NCBI RefSeq assembly: GCF_964355755.1
Contig: NC_092673.1
Span: 25,355,648-25,419,647 of the forward strand
From: Antedon mediterranea
Lineage: Eukaryota; Animalia; Echinodermata
Length of the DNA stretch: 64,000 nt
Direction of reading: 5' to 3'
The notes under the pieces: model-generated
What the model was told of the DNA's origin: nothing
Databases searched by the model: none
What the model saw: only the letters and a program-made list of their open reading frames with translations
Part shown: in pieces, positions 34,595 to 48,160 of the stretch
Position numbering within the stretch: position 1 is the stretch's first letter
Layout of the letters: each line of letters begins with the position of its first letter
Made by a program: the position numbers and the translations under genes

Positions 34595-34770
34595 ATAAGT
34601 CGCATTCAGAATATTGAGTTGTGGAAACAATATGCTGCTAAAAAAGAAACTTTTGAAAAGACTATGCCCAGTCAAGCATTTGAACAAGTTCTGTACCACG
34701 GTACTGATGATGGAACCATTGAAAAGATCAACATAGGAGGTTTCAACAGAAGCTATGCTGGAAAAAAATG
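34595..34770 (+). CDS. PARP14/15-like catalytic-domain exon (penultimate); apparent +1 frameshift in an A7 run
   Basis: Not in the ORF track. Reads ISRIQNIELWKQYAAKKETFEKTMPSQAFEQVLYHGTDDGTIEKINIGGFNRSYAGK with AG/GT boundaries. Confidence 0.88.
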
Positions 34771-35352
34771 GTATTTCCACATAAAATAAAATTTAATAAT
34801 GGCCTAGTAATAAAAGCACTTCCATTGAAATGATCAGGTGGCCTTTCCATTCAAAACGATGACGAAATTTTTTATTATAAATAATCGTCAAGTTTATTTT
34901 TAATATATAGGCCTAGTCTCTTTTTAATTTTGTTGATTTTTTTAAAACTATTTCTAGAGACCTTTCCATCTTTTCTTTTCTATCAGCTTTGTAATGTAAT
35001 GCGCTCAAACATGGTCACTAATAATTTTTACATTTTTACATAATATTAATTCTGTAAAAAAATGTACATTAAAACAATTTAATGAGTTTGAATATTGGAA
35101 GGGTTGGCAACTTTTCTAGAATATTTTATTATGATATGTTATTGATATTTATTATTTACAGTATAAGTATTTTCACATTTTCACATGTCCATATTTCAGT
35201 CGCTTTTGTTATTACTTTTCAAATATTTTTTTTTTTTTTTTTTTTTTTTTATTCAGTATATTACACAGAGGCGCCTTACAAGATGGAACCATCTTAGCTT
35301 CAAGGCGCCTCAGATAAACAAATACAACATTTTAAAACAACTAACAGAAACA

Positions 35353-38300
35353 TCAATTAAATCTTCCAGAATTAACAAGAAATTGTTGTACATAATAAAA
35401 TAATAAAGCATTTTCATAATTCGAAAGAAGATCGGAACCAAAAATAAAAATTTCACTTAAAAATGTAAAATTAAATGTTAAAGAAAAATCCTTGGCTAAG
35501 ATATCCTCAATAATTGAGTTAGCGCTTACAAGTAGAATATCTCTTTGTGTATTATAATTAGGGCAGTAACATAAGAAATGAAGCGGATTCTCAACATTAA
35601 AGCCACAAGTACAATTTGGATTGTCCCGAAGTCCATGTAAGAATAAATGCGAATTGAGACAGCTGAAACCAAGTCGGATTCTAGTGTGAATTTGGTTAAT
35701 CTTCTTATCACCTGTATCATAATAAGAACGTTTTTTTGTTTCAAACAAATTGGATTTCAGTAGCAATTTTTTAAACTCAACAAGAAATGAGGAATTTTTT
35801 ATTTCATTATTTAACTCATTCCAATGTGTTATAATAGATGGGACAAAAGATAAACGATATGATGTGGTCTTACAAAATGGAATTATTATATTTCGGATGT
35901 TACGCAAGTTATAAACTTCAATATTGTCAGAAAAATTAAATAAGGAGTAAAGATACACTGGTGTTAACTTATGAATAATTTTAAAAAACAGTATTAGGTT
36001 AAGAAATTGTCTACGTTTTTCCAATGATAACCAGCCTAATTCTTGTCTTAATGCATTATGACTTGTATGTTTCCACGCACCAGTACATATTCTACCTGCA
36101 GAAATCTGGATATTTTCTAGTTCATCACTTAATTTATCTGGGATATTACACCAAACAGGAGCTGCATATTCCATTAATGGTCTAACGTGTGATATGTAAA
36201 TGTGACAGAGAGCCTGTCGAGGTAGAATATGTTTGACACGACGTAGCATATTTAAAGATAAAGACGCTTTGTTAATTACAGATTGGATATGGGAATCCCA
36301 CTTGAGTTTTGCATTAAGCATTACACCAAGATGCCTATGATCATTTACAAATTGTAGATTTACATTATTGAAATTTAAACTAACATAGTTATCTAAATGT
36401 TTACGTGTAAACAGTATAGCTTTCGTTTTGTTAGCATTGAATGTTACTTTCCATTTTTTTGCCCAATTATAAATGACATTAAGATCACCATTTAATTTTT
36501 GTTCTGAAATATTACGATCTGTACAAATATCATATAACGAAGTATCATCTGCATATAAACTAATATTAGATTTGATATTATCAACCATATCATTTATGAA
36601 TACAATAAATAAAAATGGACCCAAAACAGATCCTTGGGGTACTCCTGCTGTAATGGTCACCCAAGGACTGGTAGTTCCTTCAATAATAACACGTTGCTCA
36701 CGTGAGTTTAAGTAACTTTGGAACCATTTTAGAAGAGTGCCATTAATTCCATATTGATTTAATTTGTATATAATCCCATTATGCCAAACTTTATCGAAGG
36801 CTTTGGAAATATCCAAAAATACCAAGATTACTTCTTTCCTTAAATCTAAAGCTCTATTAAATGTATCTATAAGATAAAGAAGTTGATACGTTGTCGAGTC
36901 ACCTGGTGTAAAACCAGATTGGAATTGAGTAAGAAGTTTATTATCCACAAAGTATTTATATACTATATCAAAAACTGCACGCTCCAAAATTTTTGCAAAG
37001 TTGGAAAGTATGGATATAGGGCGGTAGTTCTCAATAAGGGATTTATTGCCTTTTTTATGCAGAGGAATGACATTTGATTTTTTCCATTCCACAGGAAAAT
37101 ATCCTTGGCTTATGCAGAAGTTATAAAGCTTTGTCAAATGGGGTGCAATAATTTCAGCAGATTCTATTAGTATGATACTGTGAATTTCATCAGGTCCCAT
37201 CGCCTTGTTTTTATCCAGCATAGTTAATAATTTCATGATCTCATCAACAGATAATTTGAGAGTTGAGAGTCTCGATGCAGTTCTATATGTGAAGTCCGAA
37301 GGAAAATCATCATGATTAGGAATAAACGATTGAGATTTAAAATAATTGTTAAACGCTTTAACTTTCTCACTATTTAAAGTTAGGACATCATCGTTTAATT
37401 TGATTGGAGGAATCTTATAATATTGTTTGGAATTACAAACTGAATTTATGGTAGACCACCAAGTTTTTGAATCACAGTTTTTATTCATTAATACATCAAA
37501 TTGTTTATCCAAAAAAGTTTGTTTAGCTTTTCTTATTGCTTTAACAACTTTTGCGCGAATTTTCTTAAAACGTTGCATATGCGAATTTGAGTTATTTCGA
37601 GTGGAATGGGCGCGATTTCTTTTGCGAATAAGAGTTCTAATATGCGCATTAATCCAAGGCTTGTCATTAGGATGCACAGTTATAATTTTAGATATAATAT
37701 AGTTATCAACACAATTATTAAATAAGTCAATCCAATTATGACAAACATCTTCAACCTTTGAAGATGAATAAACTTCTTCCCAATTTACAGAATTAAGAGC
37801 ATTACGATATAAATTAAAATCAGTTTTTTCAAAAAGATATATTTTACGATTGTATGGCTTGTCCCGTGTGATACGAATATCAATATTTGCATATACTGGA
37901 CTGTGATCACAATTTAAAAGTGGGCACAATGCACCAAAATCATTAATATATACATTTTGACTAGTAACTATATGGTCAATACAAGACCGTTGGTCTTTTA
38001 TACAACGTGTTGGCATATTGATGTGTTGAGTTAAACCGTTTTGTTGTAAAAATTCGTAAAATGATTTTCCAAATCTATTTGTGTTTCCATCATTGTACCA
38101 GTTGTTATTTTGAGCATTCATATCGCCCATCATTAAAGTTAAGCTGTGTCGAGACAAAACAAAGTTATTAGTACTGTTTTGAAAATAGTCAAGTAGATCC
38201 TGAGCCTATAACATACATAAGTCAAAATCGTCCAGTTTGAAACTTGTATTTCACACCTTATCACATCTGACAAGAGATCATTACAAATATGGGAATTAAC

Positions 38301-38633
38301 TAAGTGTATAGAATTAGATATGTAAAAAGCACATCCGCCGCCATGGCGGTTTCTATCATTTCTAATAGGTTCTTGATAACCGTCTAGTAAAATGTCATGG
38401 TTCAAGATAGTTTGATCTAGCCATGTTTCTGTTAAAGCAATAATATCATAGTTATTTAAATTTGCTAGGTGTTGAATTTCAGCTAGTTTACCTGGAACGA
38501 TTAGACTACGTATGTTAATATGGCAAACTGTAAACTGTTCCGGACCAGGATTTGGATGTATATCGCCGCACATTAAAAGCTTGCACATTAGAACATTATT
38601 ACGCCCCAAATTTATGATAAATAAATTATCCAT
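35353..38633 (-). pseudogene. LINE ORF2 (2A-like peptide, APE, RT, C-terminal CxC..H..C), frameshifted near 38160
   Basis: LLMCGDIHPNPGP, HINIRS, LTETWL, GDMN, GVPQGS, YADD and CTCG..HFLCYC, split over two frames. Confidence 0.93.
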
Positions 38634-38827
38634 TATCAGTAAAAAAAATAAGTAAAGTACTCACTTTAAAAACGCTAGCACATATGAGAACACTTAGCCA
38701 AACGAACATAGTAAACATTGAAATAAAAACAAGAGAACACGTTTTTGCTATCTAAAATCAACAAATAATGGTCAAACTCTGTCGGTAAGAAACGTACTGT
38801 TAATGACACCGCACAGTCTAAACGTTC

Positions 38828-39397
38828 TTAATGTTCAGCAATCAGTCGTTTAAAATCATTTTCATTCTTGATATGCTTGGGTTTTTCTTCACCTTTACAC
38901 AGGGCCCATATCTTGCATCGGTTAGTCCAGGCACGTTGAACTCCATCATGGTGTCTTACCTTCCAAAAGAGATTGAAATTTGCTTTTGTTAGGTCTTCCG
39001 AGATATAAACCGGCATACCCTTCAGTTTGGATTTGGCTGCAAACACATTGTTACGGGTCCTGATTGAATTGAACCGAACAATTATTGGCCTAGGCTTGTC
39101 AGTAATAGGACCGATTCGATGAGATACTTCAATATCGTCGGACTTGAAAGTGATACCCATTTTGTCGCGAATAACCTCCGCCACCAAATCATCAGTTGAC
39201 TTTGTCGAGTCCTGTAAACCGTAGAATCTAAGGTTATTACGACGTGAATATTGTTCTAAATAGTCCAATCTGGTTTCAATATTACTGATTTGCTCCTGCA
39301 GCTTATCAAATGCTTTGTTTAATGTCTCAGTAATAGAAGTAGTCAGCTCCTGAAGCAAGTCTTTCTTCAGCTTATCAACATCTAACTTCGGGGCCAT
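38828..39397 (-). CDS. LINE ORF1 (coiled coil plus RRM-like domain)
   Basis: LEQYSRRNNLRFYG, HRIG, RPIIVRF and ISEDLT. Confidence 0.9.
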   Translation of the reverse strand: MAPKLDVDKLKKDLLQELTTSITETLNKAFDKLQEQISNIETRLDYLEQYSRRNNLRFYGLQDSTKSTDDLVAEVIRDKMGITFKSDDIEVSHRIGPITDKPRPIIVRFNSIRTRNNVFAAKSKLKGMPVYISEDLTKANFNLFWKVRHHDGVQRAWTNRCKIWALCKGEEKPKHIKNENDFKRLIAEH

Positions 39398-39886
39398 GAT
39401 TACACTTGCTTTTTTACAGTACCACCACTGTTTTACATATCAGGTCACAATCACAGCTGGTAATTTCGGCCAAATTTACTAATTTGCATAAGTGACGCAG
39501 ATGTTTGGAAACCTTATTGAAGGATTTTGATTTGCATATGGCTAGCACAGTAATAGTTAACCTTGCAGTGCTTTCAACGGCGAGCCAATGGCAATAGATG
39601 CGGTATCATGGGGGTAAAATACTCACTGCTTATTTACACCGACAGAGCATTGACCATCATCTTTAAAAGTTTACATGATAAGTCCTAGATGCTATTTACG
39701 ATGATAATGATACAATCGGGAAAAAACAAAGATAAATGTCTTTTTGAAAGGTGAAAATCGAGAGCAAAAAAGTTGTACGTGCTCACTCACCCAATGTCTC
39801 TGCCTTTCAAATATTTTTGTCATTATTATTAACCATTGTAATTATTTTAGCTATAAAGTTATTTAAAATTTGTTTATTTCTTTCAG

Positions 39887-40149
39887 CAACTTATTATGGG
39901 CAAGGAACATACTTCGCTACCTCTGCTGGTTATTCTGCTCGTGACAAATATTCAATACGAAATGCAAACGGACAAAAACACATCTACATGTGTCATGTTC
40001 TTGTGGGGAAATGTACACAAGGAAAACCTGACATGTTGGCACCACCAGATGGCTTTCACAGTGTTTGTAATGATCCTAACAATCCTCAAATTATCGTCAT
40101 ATTTAATGATGTTCAAGCCTATTCAAGTTATCTTATTGCCTTTAAGTAA
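39887..40149 (+). CDS. PARP14/15-like catalytic-domain terminal exon
   Basis: TTTCAG acceptor. Reads YGQGTYFA..AGYS, MCHVLVG and NPQIIVIFNDVQAYSSYLIAFK*. Confidence 0.92.
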
Positions 40150-40154
40150 ACCTA

Positions 40155-40843
40155 AGTGTCATCTCTATCTTCTCATTTAAACATTCCTTTTGCTAGACTT
40201 ACTAAAACTAAATTTGTTATAACTATATCAGGTCCTAATTTGTGGAATCATATCCCGCCAAATATCAAAACGTCAATATCATTATTTACTTTCCGAAAAA
40301 AGTTAAAGAATCATTATATATCTAAATATTATACTGCTTAGTTAATATGCTTATTATCATTATTTATACTCATATACTATTTATGTTTACACAAAATATT
40401 AGTTGTTGTTTATTATTGCAATCTTTAATCTATACTATATATAATGTATATATAGTATATACTATATATATACATAAATTATATGTATACATATTTTTTT
40501 CATTTACCAATATCGGTATTTATTTCATTTATATCATGAAACTATTGAAATATAATTTAAATAATTTTGATAAAGAAGATGTTAGTTATGTTATTATTAT
40601 ACTGTAATTTTTTATCCTAAATTATATAATTATATATTCTAGGTTTATTTTTATTTTTTTAGTAATGTGTTTTGTTGTGGGTCCCTACGAGACAAGTTTT
40701 TAACTTCTAGAAGGGATCCATTATAATAATGACTACCAATTACTGCTTTATCTATGTTCACTTTAATATATTTTTTCTATTTTGTACATATTCATTCATT
40801 ATTATCTAAATAAATATTATCTGAATTATGAATTATGAATTAT
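40155..40843 (+). mobile_element. 5'-truncated L2/Crack-like LINE 3' end directly after the PARP stop codon
   Basis: GPNLWNHIPPNIK..FRKKLK C-terminal motif, AATAAA near 40809, (TGAATTA)n tail. Confidence 0.75.
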
Positions 40844-41001
40844 ATTAATACTAAACATATTTTATATGAATATATATGCCCTACTAATGCTTATAGTAAA
40901 ATAATTAATCGCTAATCATTGCATCATTGTCTGGAGTATTACCATAACTAAACATTAATAACCTGAACTTTTAAGAACAAAAAACCTAAAGCTAAACATT
41001 A

Positions 41002-44000
41002 ATAGGCTAGTCAACAATCTAGCATTTTGAGTGAAACAAATTGCAAACAGAGATTTTTTTTTTTTAAATGGTTACATATGATAAGGTGATTATTTTTTGA
41101 GCATCACACCTCTGACACTCATCCCGAAGGTATGCAAATTAGCTTAAATATGCAAATTAGGGTGAAATTACAGGGTTACCATATCTTAAAAACTACTAAT
41201 CGTAGAGAGTTCATTTTTGCACAGTCTGGTTCAGAATATATATATTTATATTTGTTCTAATGAGACATTTTACATTAAAATGTCCGGAAGTACCAAATTT
41301 TGACCCTTGACCCCATTTCTCAATATTTACATAAATATGTGATTAAAATGTCTGTAGAGACTTTATTTTGGACTCAATGACTTGGATATTGTTTTTCAAT
41401 ACCCACCATAGAACTGTATTATAATTCCTAACATCACAACGTCGTCACGCACCTCGAAAGTATGCAAATTAGTAGTACAAGTAATATTAAATATGCAAAT
41501 TAGGGAGTGAAATTACAGCGTTGCCATATCTCGAAAACCGCTAATGCTAGAGTGTTGATTTTTTCACTAAAATATTTAAAATGTATATATTTATATTTGC
41601 TGTAATGAGACATTTTACAAAAAAATTCCCGGAACTGTGACATTTGACCCTCGACCCCATTTCTCAATATTACAATGAAAACTGAAATGTCTGTAGAGAC
41701 TTTGTTTTGCCCTCAAATGACTCGGATACAGGTTTCTAATAGCCAACATAGGAATGTTTAGTAAATCTCAAAATCACACCTGTATCACTCACATTCAAAG
41801 TATGCAAATTATTAGTACAAGTTACATGAAATATGCAAATTAGGGGTAAAATTACAGGTTCCTATATGTATCGAAAACCGCTAAGGTAGAGAGTTGATTT
41901 TTTTCAAAAACTTGTTCAGAATGTACATATTTATATTTGCTCTAATGAAACATTTTACGAAAAAATGACCGGAAATACCACAATTGACCCTTGACCCTAT
42001 TTATCAATGTTTGCATACATAATGCAACTAAAATGTCTGTAGATAATTTTTTTGGACTCAAATGACTCGGATACAGTTTTCCTATCGTCAGCATAGGACC
42101 TCTTTGTAATTCCCAAAATCACATCTTTGTCACATACCTTGAAAGTATGCAAATTATTAGTACAAGTTACATGAAATATGCAAATTAGGGGTGAAATTAC
42201 AGTCTTCCCATATCTCGAAAGCCATTAATGCTAGTAGAGTTGATTTGAATCCAGAGTTGATTCAGAATGTACATATTTATATTCGCTGTAATGAAACATT
42301 TTACGCAAAAATTGTCTTGATTGAATTATGACATTTGACCCTTGACCCTATTTCTCAATATTTTCATATAATTCAACTAAAATATCTGTACAGACTGTTT
42401 TGGCCTCAAATGACTCAGATACAGGTTTTCTATAGCCAGCATAGAACTGTTAGTAATTCTCAAAATCACACCTTTGTTACTTCCCTAGAAAATATGCAAA
42501 TTAGTAGTACAAGAGGTGAATGTTGCCATATCTCTATCGGTCATTAGCGTTTTTTGAGATATATAAGGCTGTAATTTGCATATTTCATATAACTTGTACT
42601 AATAATTTGCATACTTTGGAGTTACTTGACTTTTGGAATTACTAAACGATCCTATACTGGCTATATAAAACCTGTATCCAAGTCATTTGAGGCCAAAACA
42701 AAGTCTGTACATACATTTCAGTTGCATTATATGCAAATATTGAGAAATAGGTTCGAGGGTCAAATGTCATACTTTCGATAATTTTTTTTTTCAATAATGA
42801 CCCAGATACAGGTTTTCTATAGCCAGCATAGAACTGTTTAGTAATTCTCAAAATCACACCTCTGTTACTTCGCTTGAAAGTATGCAAATCAGTAGTACAA
42901 GAAAGTTGCCATATCTCTCTCTCTCTCGGTCATTAGCGTTTTCGAGATACATAAGGCAATTCACTGTAATTTGCATATTTCATATAGCCTGTACTACTAA
43001 TTTGCATACTTTCGAGGTGCTTGACTTATACTGGCTATATAAAACCTGTATCCGAGTCATTTGAGGCCAAAACAAAGTCTGTACATACATTTTAGTTGCA
43101 TTATATGCAAATATTGAGAAATAATAATAATAATATCATGGATTTATATAGCGCCTAATGTTGTGAAACCTCTAAGCGCTGTACATAAACTAATACGAAA
43201 AAAGGGAATTCCAACCATGCCAAAACGAAGGCGTGATTTTGGGAATTACAAAGCTGACTATAGGAAACATGTATCCGAGTTATTTGAGTCCAAAACAAAA
43301 ACTAAAATGTTTTTTAGTTTCATTTATATATGCAATATTGAGAAATGGGGTCGAGGGTCAAATGTCATACTTCCGGTCAATTTTTTGTAAAATGTTTTAT
43401 TGGAGCAAATAGAAATATGTATATTCTGAATACGGCTGTGAAAAAATCAGCTCTCTAGCATTAGTGGTTTTCGAGATATAGGACAACTGTAATTTTTTCC
43501 CCTTATTTGCATATTTTATTTAAATTGTACTACTAATTTGCATACTTTCGAGGTGTGTGACAAAGGTGTGATTTTGGGAATTACAAAGTGATCCTATGCT
43601 GGCTATTAGGAACCTATGTCTGGGTCATTTGAGGGCAAAATAAAGTCTCTACAGACATTTTAGTCACATTGTATATGCAAACATTGAGAAGTGAGGTCGA
43701 AGGTCAAATGTTGTACTTCCGGTCATTTTTTCGTAAAATGTTTCATTATAGTAAATATAAATATATACCTTTTGAATAGATCAGTGAAAAAATCAACTCT
43801 CTCGGACTAGTAGTTTTTGCGATATGGTAACCCTGTAATTTCACCCTAATTTGCATATTTAAGCTAATTTGCATATCATCGGGATGAGTGACAGAGGTGT
43901 GATGCTCAAATTTTGATCTCCTCATCATATATGACCATTTAAAAAAGAAAAATCTCTGTTTGCAATTTGTTTCACTTTGGGCTGTTTTTTTTGCTAGATT

Positions 44001-44011
44001 GACTAGCCTAT
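41002..44011. mobile_element. 3-kb foldback-like element: inverted arms of about 340-bp tandem units rich in ATGCAAAT
   Basis: ATAGGCTAGTCAA...TTGACTAGCCTAT ends. 41030-41190 is the reverse complement of 43820-43978. The centre is rearranged. Confidence 0.8.
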
Positions 44012-45549
44012 AAGCAAATTTAGTAATCAAACATTACTTTTAATATTAAATGAATCCATTGTAAGTAGACAGGCCTATTTAGGTTACTAAATATTTTAAT
44101 ACTTTTATTATAATTATTATATCTACATAGAAAGCGTTAATTTTCTTATACTAAACTATGATTTTAAAGAATACATAATTTATACTGAAATTAGTTTAGT
44201 TTTGAAACTGGACTAAAATTTAGACAATACATGTATGATTATACTACTGGTAGTAGGCCTTACAATAATGTAGTATATTTCTAATTGTAAGGGACAATAG
44301 ATGTAAGTGTATTTATATATTAGATATCTTTTTATTAATTGCATTGTTTAAACATATATTATTCAATATTTGATAAACTCCGAACGTTTTACAATTTTGT
44401 AGAAATGTTGATTCTAGTGCGACTTTCTTGTGTTTCTTTGTTGTTTTCTACACATAGAGCACGTATTGTTAAATCATTGTCATGTAAGTCAAATATCAGG
44501 TTGCCAAAATGAAAGTAAAATAAAAAAATACTTTTTGCTATTTTTTATCTATTAAACGATATAAGAAACGAAAGACTTTATATTTTCTGCAAAAATAATT
44601 AATTCAGTTTTAATGTGACCAATTCGAATTTAAGATGTGAGAGCGTATTTTTAATATTATGTAAACACTTTTTTCATTCCAATAATTTTAATTTTAAATA
44701 AAGTGTTTACCTTTCTCTTACAACAAACAGTTCCTTAACCCTTGATGATTAAAAGAAACTGTTAATTATAGTTTTCATTATCAACATATGACTAAATGTA
44801 TTCCATACAAGAATTATTTAGGCCTATATTATTATAAGAAAATGGTATGTGTTAATCATTTGTGTAATCATGACAATAGAATTGTTTCCATATCTAATAT
44901 AGATTTGTTAAGAAATGATCATTCAACTATAAAACGTCTAATCATTTGAGAAAATGTTATATATAAAATAATAGCATTGTAATTATGGTTAAATTCACTG
45001 GGTAGTAATATTCTAGACAAACATGGTACATTAGATCTACTAAAAACTAAGGAAATATAAATAGATTCATTCAAACGTTAAGAACATTTTTTATGACAGA
45101 CTATATTAATGGTTGTTTCGCTATATTTTAAGCATCAGAACGTCGCTTGGTGGATAATTATGTAATAATCACTATGATACTATACACTATAATATTTACA
45201 AATTAATTAAAATTACTATATCCAATGAAATCAAGGCTGTATTTGTTTTAATAGTTGGCATATATCATTTATATAATATTGAATTGAAGAGAAAGGATGT
45301 TTGTTACTATAATTTTATTGTTAGCCATCCCCTTAAGATTAACACTGAGCACGGACATTTCTTAAATCCTGGAGGAATTATTTAGATTCCTCTAGGATCA
45401 CACTACTATTGAAAGCTCAGACCCATAACGGAGATTAAATTAGAATTCCACATAACGTAGGCCTACGTATGCGAATTCGCACATTATACCATGAACTTTA
45501 ATTCTATTCTTAACTTGTTTCTTTTGAAAATCGAAAATTAACCTGTTAC

Positions 45550-47245
45550 TTATTTATTTATTTATTTATTTATTTATTACGGTATATATAAAATTACAAA
45601 AACAATAGCACATAGCTAATAACGTTTGTATTACAATAAAAAATATTGAAATGAAATCTATAAAAACTACAATAATAAATTCGGAATATACAATTACAAA
45701 ATTTCACAATTATTCACTAAAATTTAAAATATTAAGAATCTTAAAATATATACACAACTTTGGAAAATACAATTGCACCTTTATTTTAAAAAAAAACGAA
45801 AAATTTACATTATAATATACTAAAGTAAAACCTATCTGCACTGTTCTTTATTTGATTATTATTATTATTATCTTTTAGTATAGGTGGCAACATTGCACAA
45901 TTATTCACTAAAATATTCACAACATTAAAAATCTACAAAAATATATTAAATTTCGGAAAATAAAAGTTTACAGTATATATTAATATTAAACGTTGTCTGC
46001 AGTGCTCTTCATTTGATTATTTTAGGCGGTAATATTGCACAATCATTTATTATATATTTTTTTAATTAAATTTTTCACAGGAGGAATTTAATTTGTTTAT
46101 AATATAGGGAATCGTTGAATTTTTATATCGGTTAGTTTTTATTTTAGGTAATGTAAATCTATTGGGGTTACGTAATCTAGATATATTAGGTCTTTCAGCA
46201 GGCAGCATATTACGATGTCTCTCTGACTTAAGGATACCTTCTCCAAATTTGAATGTTAATTTTTCTCTACGTTCAGCAAGGCTGGTAATTTTAAGTTGAG
46301 TAAGGGCCGTATCATAGCTGTCATAGTCCTGGGCAAGTATAATTTTGCATGCTCGCTTTTGCAACCTCTCAATTTCATTGGTCTGATGTTTTGTAATGCT
46401 AGAGTGCCAAACAACACATGCATACTCAGTCAGCGGCCGAATATAGAGTTGATAAATACTTAACATGTCACCAATAGGTGCACTATATCCTCTCAATGCA
46501 TAAAGAAGAAACATTCTTCTACTTGCTCTAGAGATAATACTTTTGATTTGGATATCCCAACCTAAATTGTCTTGTAGCTCAAGACCTAATAATTTCATAC
46601 TATGTACAGTATCAATTTTTTCACCACTTATAGTAAATTGGGGGTAGTTTATTTGGGATTTCATAAAATTTATATTAATAACATGGCACTTCGAAGGCTT
46701 GGGTAGCATGTCATTTTGTTTACACCAACAACTCAAGGAATCTAAATGGGATTGAAGTTCTGATGATGTACTATTATTTTTTATATTAATTATTTCTCCC
46801 AGTGTTAGATCATCCACAAATTTCCAACGATTATCAGTGATGTTACCCGCATCATTCACCATAACAGTAAATATGCTGGGTCCCAGTTTGGTACCCTGGG
46901 GGACCCCACACGTTATAGTTCTTAGTCCAGAACAATGTCCCTTAAATTTCACACACTGGGTGCGATTCATCAGAAAACTGCTAATCGTTGGAATTATCGA
47001 CGGTCTAACACCAGATTCTATCATCTTTGAAATAGCAACATTATGGTTTATCCTATCAAACGCAGTTGTGAAATCAACTGTACATAATGTGGCGTAGGTC
47101 CCTGGCACATCAATATTGGATATAACCGTATTCAACATATCTACTTAAGTAGTGTGTTGTACTAGTTCCTCTCACGTTACCATACTGTTTACAATCCAAT
47201 ACTGGTTCGAAATCCGTTTTTAACCATCCCGCTAGGAATGATTCA
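45550..47245 (-). mobile_element. 5'-truncated CR1-group (L2/Daphne-like) LINE
   Basis: RT ORF, (TAAA)n tail at 45550-45578, partly duplicated 3' UTR. Confidence 0.85.
46062..47138 (-). pseudogene. Reverse transcriptase C-terminal fragment
   Basis: DFTTAFD, GVPQGTKLGP, KFVDD and RLQKRACKII. Confidence 0.9.
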
Positions 47246-48160
47246 AATATTATTATATATATTATATTATCTACTTCTATTGAACAAAAAACATCAACGC
47301 ATAACGAGATCGCACAAAAGAAAAATGTACAGAATTATCCCTCTTTTAGCTATTTTGTTTAGATGATTTCGCGATGATAATACAATCATGTATTTCTGTT
47401 TCTTATGGTTACGGACAACACAATTGTGCGAATTGTTTAATAAGATTTAGTACAATGAGATGAGATGACATTAAACACGCTTGAAGATGACTACTTCTAT
47501 TAATACCGCGGTCGGTGATATTCATCTAAATTAATCAATAATAGTAACTGTATTAAAGCATGAATATACCTATATACCTCAGACTGATAATTGAGTCTAA
47601 TCTACATTCAACGTTTATATACAGTTACGTTCCAAATGGATGCGTTTGAGGTAACAAGTCGCTTTAATGTACGTTTGTAAAGAACAATATGCCTAACGAG
47701 AGAAACCGATTTAGGCCTAACGAGAGACACCGATTTACTGTACTAAATACGGTATACAAGGATTGATGTCACTTGACGAGAAATTACAACAACCCTACTA
47801 ACGGTTTCCAGTATAGAAACTTTCCAACGGTCATCAGCTTAGTGGATACAATTTGACTGAGTTGTATATATTGTTTTGTTGAGCGTTAAATTTAATTTTT
47901 TATGGAGCCGATGATACAGACAAGTTATTTTATTTAGTGGTTCTTGAATAGTCGTTATTTTATTAAGTGGCATTTTTGCATACATTTAAGACAAAATTCA
48001 ATAATGCTGTATTTTATATTTGAAAGCATCGTTTAATCTGCATTTATTGTCTGTTTTCTTACAAAAAGCTCTGACTCATTTATCTTGTCTTCTTTAATGA
48101 AATAGACTTTCTTATCTGCAGTAATGGATTTTTTCATCGTACTCAAAGTCTCCTAGAACA

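Larger units (their letters stand above)
35231..39804 (-). mobile_element. Full-length CR1-group LINE (Crack/L2-like), antisense in the PARP intron
   Basis: Poly(A) tail (T run 35226-35250), TSD TTTCAAATATTTTT at 35217-35230 and 39805-39818, ORF1 and ORF2 present. Confidence 0.93.

Noticed and set aside
39751-39886. Hydrophobic N-terminus suggesting a membrane-anchored mini-PARP
   Set aside because: It is LINE 5' end plus intron sequence before a clear splice acceptor at 39886.
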